A stretch of 20,000 nt of DNA from Dehalococcoidia bacterium. GTDB taxonomy: Bacteria > Chloroflexota > Dehalococcoidia > DSTF01 > JACRBR01. The position numbers and the translations under genes were made by a program. The stretch is from positions 45,641 through 65,640 of the forward strand of contig JBGQBE010000003.1 in the NCBI GenBank assembly GCA_041494685.1, in the 5' to 3' direction. Positions 16,386 to 20,000 of the stretch are shown piece after piece. Under the pieces are notes generated by a model, which was not told the DNA's origin, searched no databases, and saw only the letters and a program-made list of their open reading frames with translations. Every line of letters starts with the position of its first letter. The stretch's first letter is position 1.

Positions 16386-18755
16386 GTGAAATCGGCGGCG
16401 ACTCTCCCATCTGACGCGCGCAGCGAAGTCCGGCGCATCGTCCTGGTCTCCCGGATCGCAGGGGCGCTGGTCGCGGTCATGCTCGTGATCGCGGGCCTGT
16501 ACCTGAACCGCCAGTCGCCCACGTCGGCGGCGGCGGTCTTCGGCTACCTGAGCATCGCGGTGGGGACCATCGCCTTCATGAGCATCTCGACGCTCGCCCG
16601 GATGGGGCACGCGCGCGTGCTGGAACGCACGATCGAGGAAGTCGGCAAGCTGACCGAACAGTTGCGTGAACTCGCGGAGCGGGACCCGCTGACCGGGCTG
16701 TACAACCTGCGTGCGTTCAACGAACTGCTGCAGGCCGAGGTGACCGGCGCGGTGCAGGACGGGGTGGCTGTCAGCCTGATCGTCGCGGATCTGGACAACT
16801 TCAAGCTGCTGAACGACTCGTTCGGGCACCAGTTCGGCGACGAGGTGCTGCGCGCCGCCAGCAGCCTGTTCCTGGCGGAGGGCGGGCCGCGCGCGGTGGC
16901 CGCGCGCCTCGGCGGCGACGAATTCGCGCTGCTCCTGCCGGAATCCAACCGCGACGCCGCGGTGCGGATCGCGCGGAGCATCGACACCGCGCTGGGCGCG
17001 CTGGACTTCGGCGCGGGACAGCCGCCGCCGCGTGGCAGCTTCGGGGTCGGCTCGTATCCGGCGGACGGCGACACGGTGCAGGCGCTGTTCGCGGCTGCTG
17101 ACGGGCGCATGTACAGCGAGAAGCACCGCCGCAAGGCGGAGTCGCTGTCGTCGCTGGCCGGCGCGACGCGCAAGCTGTTCGTGCGGGCGGGACGGGCAAT
17201 GCGCCCGAACCAGACGACCGCGCACATCCTCCAGGAGATTGCCGCGGCAGCGCGCGACGAACTGTCGCTGAGCCTGTGCGCGATCAACATCTCGCCGCGC
17301 GCGCATCATCCGCGTGTGACGGCTTCCGCGGGCGTGTCGCCGGAGATCGAAGCGGCGTTCGCCGATGCGTCCGCCCGTGGCGCGCAGAACGCGGGGGCGG
17401 CGAGCCAGATCCTGCCTCCGGACGCGTGGCTGATCGAGACGCTGGTGCCCGACGACGGCGGAGATGGAGGCACGCTGCTGCTGGCAGGCCTGCCGACGGC
17501 GTCGTGCAGACCTGATGCGCCGATCGTCGTGGCGCTGGCGGACCTGATCCAGGCCGTTGTCGCCAACGGCCGCACGCACGTCGACGCGGTGCGGGCGGGG
17601 CGCGAGCGGGACATCCACATTGACCTTGCGCACGCGCTCGCCGGGGGCGGATCGCTGCAGGCGCGGCTATCGGCCGTGGCGCAGTTGATCGGCGACTTCA
17701 TGGGCGCGTCGGCCGTAGCGATCGAGGGGCTCGACACGGATTTCCACAGCATGGCCGGCTCTTCGCCGGAGAACAGGGCGGCGTGGGACCTTGCCCGCGG
17801 ATCGGACGAATGGCGCCGATTTGTGAGCCTGATGGCGCGCGTGGCTCCCTGCATCGCGGGTGACCCGCGGGACGAACCGCTCATGCCAGCGCCGCAGCGG
17901 GCGATCCTGGCCGGCAGCGGCATCCGATCGAGCGCCGTGTGCCCGGTGCGTTTCGACGGCATGGTGCTGGGCACGCTCACGGCAGTCAGCGACACGGCTG
18001 GCTACTTTGACGAGGATCTGCTGGCCGTACTGACGACCATCGCCGATCACCTGGCGCCCGCGATCAGCGCCGCGCTGCTGCGCGATGAGCTGGAGGTGTC
18101 GTCGGCGCAACTGGAGCAGGCCAGCCGCGAGTCGCTGGCGCGGTTGGCGGACGCCGCCGAGGCGCGCGACCCGCACACCGGCGGACACCTGCGCCGCATC
18201 TGGCACTACAGCGTCGCGCTCGCGTGTGAACTGGGACTGCCGGAGGAACAGGCGCGCGCGATCGGTCAGGCGTCGGCGGTGCACGATCTGGGCAAGCTGC
18301 GACTCAGCGACGAAGTGCTGATGCGGCCGGGAAAGCTCACGGAACTCGACTGGGAGCAGATGCGCGCGCACCCGGAGCACGGCGAACGGCTGATCGGCGA
18401 TTCGCCGCAGTTCCAGGTAGAGCGCGCCGTGGCGCGCTGGCACCACGAACGCTGGGATGGCACCGGCTACCCCGACGGCCTGCGCGGCGTAGAAATCCCG
18501 CTGGCGGCGCGCATCGTGGCCGTCGCCGACGCCTTCGACGCTCTGACGACGGAGCGGCCGTACAAGCACGCGTGGTCGCTGGACGAGGCGTTCGCCGAGG
18601 TACAGCGCGTGAAGGGCGAGCTGTTCTGCCCGAGCGTCGTCGCGGCGCTCGAGGCGCTGTGGCGCTCCGGCCGTCTCGCCGAGATCTTCGCCGAGGCTGG
18701 CCGCAACGACGCGCACACCCACGAGCACGGCGAGAGTGAGCGACTGGCGGCGTAA
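16386..18755 (+). CDS. Membrane-anchored diguanylate cyclase/HD-GYP phosphodiesterase (2 TM - GGDEF - GAF-like - GAF - HD-GYP)
   Basis: Two N-terminal hydrophobic helices. GGDEF: DPLTGLYN, DLDNFK.LNDSFGH..GD, RLGGDEF. GAF: GIRSSAVCPV..DGMVLGTL. HD-GYP: RDPHTGGH, HDLGK, HHERWDGTGYP, VADAFDALTTERPYK. Confidence 0.92.
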   Translation: MKSAATLPSDARSEVRRIVLVSRIAGALVAVMLVIAGLYLNRQSPTSAAAVFGYLSIAVGTIAFMSISTLARMGHARVLERTIEEVGKLTEQLRELAERDPLTGLYNLRAFNELLQAEVTGAVQDGVAVSLIVADLDNFKLLNDSFGHQFGDEVLRAASSLFLAEGGPRAVAARLGGDEFALLLPESNRDAAVRIARSIDTALGALDFGAGQPPPRGSFGVGSYPADGDTVQALFAAADGRMYSEKHRRKAESLSSLAGATRKLFVRAGRAMRPNQTTAHILQEIAAAARDELSLSLCAINISPRAHHPRVTASAGVSPEIEAAFADASARGAQNAGAASQILPPDAWLIETLVPDDGGDGGTLLLAGLPTASCRPDAPIVVALADLIQAVVANGRTHVDAVRAGRERDIHIDLAHALAGGGSLQARLSAVAQLIGDFMGASAVAIEGLDTDFHSMAGSSPENRAAWDLARGSDEWRRFVSLMARVAPCIAGDPRDEPLMPAPQRAILAGSGIRSSAVCPVRFDGMVLGTLTAVSDTAGYFDEDLLAVLTTIADHLAPAISAALLRDELEVSSAQLEQASRESLARLADAAEARDPHTGGHLRRIWHYSVALACELGLPEEQARAIGQASAVHDLGKLRLSDEVLMRPGKLTELDWEQMRAHPEHGERLIGDSPQFQVERAVARWHHERWDGTGYPDGLRGVEIPLAARIVAVADAFDALTTERPYKHAWSLDEAFAEVQRVKGELFCPSVVAALEALWRSGRLAEIFAEAGRNDAHTHEHGESERLAA

Positions 18756-18761
18756 GGCGCA

Positions 18762-18788
18762 CCAAGGGCGATCGGCCGTCGCCCCTGG
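18762..18788 (+). terminator. GC-rich hairpin just after the GGDEF/HD-GYP stop (possible terminator or 3' stabiliser)
   Basis: CCAAGGGCGA/TCGCCCCTGG stem with one mismatch and no U-tract. Confidence 0.35.
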
Positions 18789-18960
18789 GGAATGCCCGTA
18801 GTCGTCCCGGCGCGTCGCCTTCAGGGCACGGCGCCGCTGCTTCGCGGGATCATCGCGATGTCGATCCAAGCCCTCCCGCGCCCACCATGTCTTCAAGGCC
18901 CCGAGGCCGCGGTACTCGAAGTGTTCACGCGCGTTTGGCCGTTCGTTAACAGCCTGGCGC

Positions 18961-19142
18961 TATCCTCGGACGGGCGCCGAAGCCGGGTGCGACCACCCGC
19001 CTTCAGGTTCAGAACGAATCTGCTCTCAGCGCCCACAAACCGTTTGGACACTTCGGATCAGCCCTCAGGTGCCGACTATGCCTGTGGGTCAGGTTGTCGA
19101 ACCCCGGCGTCGCCGCCGGGTCGGCCTATTGGGGGTATTTTC
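18961..19142 (+). promoter_or_regulatory. Putative -10 (TATCCT 18961-18966) followed by a structured ~170-nt 5' leader
   Basis: Several nested stems (see findings) ending at a GGGGG SD (19131-19135). Confidence 0.4.
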
Positions 19143-20000
19143 TTGTTGTATCGTGTTTTCGCATACCTGAAGCGTCGCAGATCATCGCAAATCAGGTGGC
19201 TTCCGGCGGGCGCAGCGGCCGGCGTGGCCGCGCTCGCGCTCGCGGGTTTGTTCGCAGGCGGTGATTCGCATTCCGGCGAGCTCGGCGCCTCCGGGCGTGG
19301 AGCGCCGGTGGTCGCCGTGGTGCAGCCGCAGCGGCCAGCCGAGATCGCGAACGCCGAGCGCCAGATCGGCGCGCCGGAGATGGCCGTACCGAGCGCAGCA
19401 AGCGCCCGCATCGACATCGCGCCAGCCACGGAAGATCCGGCAGCGCTCGCCATGAGCGATGGCGTGGACGCGGCGCCGCCGGAGGGCGGCGTGGCGGGAA
19501 TCTGGTATCGCAAGCGCCGGATATCGGCTGCGGCGGTGACTCCGACGAGCACGGCGACGGCGGTGCCCACGCGGGCGCCGGCGTCGGCGACGACGACGCC
19601 CGTGCCGATCGCGATCCAGGCGACGCCGACAGGTGTCGTGACGTCGCCCCTTACCGCGCCGGTGAGCGCACTGGGATGGGACGCCCAGTACTTCAACAAC
19701 ACCACGCTGAGCGGCGCGGCGGCGCTGTCCCGTAACGATGGGTCCGCCATCAACTTCGTGTGGCCGGACGTGCCGGGGCCGGGCGTCAACGCCGACTACT
19801 TCTCGGTGCGCTGGTCGCAGACGCTGAATTTCGCTGCCGGCGGCTACACCTTCACGGCGACGCACGACGACGGCGCGCGTCTCTACGTCGACGGACTGCA
19901 GGTCATCGACAGCTGGTTCACACAGATTCCGACGACCTACACCGCTACCGTGACCCTGGGCGCGGGTCCGCACACCGTGGAACTGGACTACTACTCCACG
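19143..20000 (+). CDS. Exported or membrane-anchored PA14-domain protein, 3' truncated by the window edge
   Basis: Translated by hand; absent from the ORF track because there is no stop in the window. TTG start after the GGGGG SD, basic plus hydrophobic N-terminus (KRRRSS..AAAGVAALALAGLFA), Thr/Pro/Ala linker, then GWDAQYFNNTTLSG...INFVW...DYFSVRWS...YTFTATHDDGARLYVDG..VIDSW...GPHTVELDYY (PA14). Confidence 0.85.
   Translation, partial: MLYRVFAYLKRRRSSQIRWLPAGAAAGVAALALAGLFAGGDSHSGELGASGRGAPVVAVVQPQRPAEIANAERQIGAPEMAVPSAASARIDIAPATEDPAALAMSDGVDAAPPEGGVAGIWYRKRRISAAAVTPTSTATAVPTRAPASATTTPVPIAIQATPTGVVTSPLTAPVSALGWDAQYFNNTTLSGAAALSRNDGSAINFVWPDVPGPGVNADYFSVRWSQTLNFAAGGYTFTATHDDGARLYVDGLQVIDSWFTQIPTTYTATVTLGAGPHTVELDYYST

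Noticed and set aside
18851..18860. Palindrome CATCGCGATG in the intergenic region
   Set aside because: It is short, has no promoter context, and is plausible by chance.
18972..19130. Assignment of the leader to a known riboswitch (c-di-GMP-I, c-di-GMP-II or ydaO/c-di-AMP)
   Set aside because: Only fragmentary resemblance (TTGGACACTT...GGTGC.CGAC; GCGCCGAA...CGAACCC). The core conserved motifs and spacing are missing, so it is kept only as an unclassified structured leader.
19540..19670. ACG/GCG/CCG-rich stretch as a tandem repeat or CRISPR
   Set aside because: It encodes a Thr/Ala/Pro linker and has no fixed repeat unit or spacers.

Overview
High-GC (roughly 70%) bacterial chromosomal window of mostly core and housekeeping genes. 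It is probably from Chloroflexota (Dehalococcoidia-like). That is an inference from the NLPY-type PrmC, the xFDD-type Rel with an intact HD domain, a Gram-positive-type SOS box and a Thr/Pro-linked PA14 protein. Gene order: LpqC-type esterase (5' partial), SAM methyltransferase, DUF885, comM/yifB, SMP-30 lactonase, Eis-like acetyltransferase, CysE-like hexapeptide acetyltransferase, HSL-family esterase, rel, a small ribbon-helix-helix (RHH) antitoxin-like gene, hisS, a GNAT, prfA-Rdx-prmC, a hypothetical, an alpha/beta hydrolase, a membrane GGDEF-GAF-HD-GYP protein and a PA14-domain exported protein (3' partial, absent from the ORF track). I found no mobile elements, CRISPR arrays, rRNA or tRNA. 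The most interesting signals are regulatory. (1) A toxin-less RHH antitoxin-like gene leads the rel operon, with an ~8-bp-periodic operator array over its promoter. (2) Rel combines an intact hydrolase with a RelA-like QFDD motif. (3) A LexA box lies in the comM promoter. (4) A perfect sigma28 -10 element and an inverted repeat precede the c-di-GMP enzyme. (5) A structured, switch-like ~170-nt leader precedes the PA14 gene. (6) A strong hairpin lies in the prfA leader, and several genes appear leaderless.
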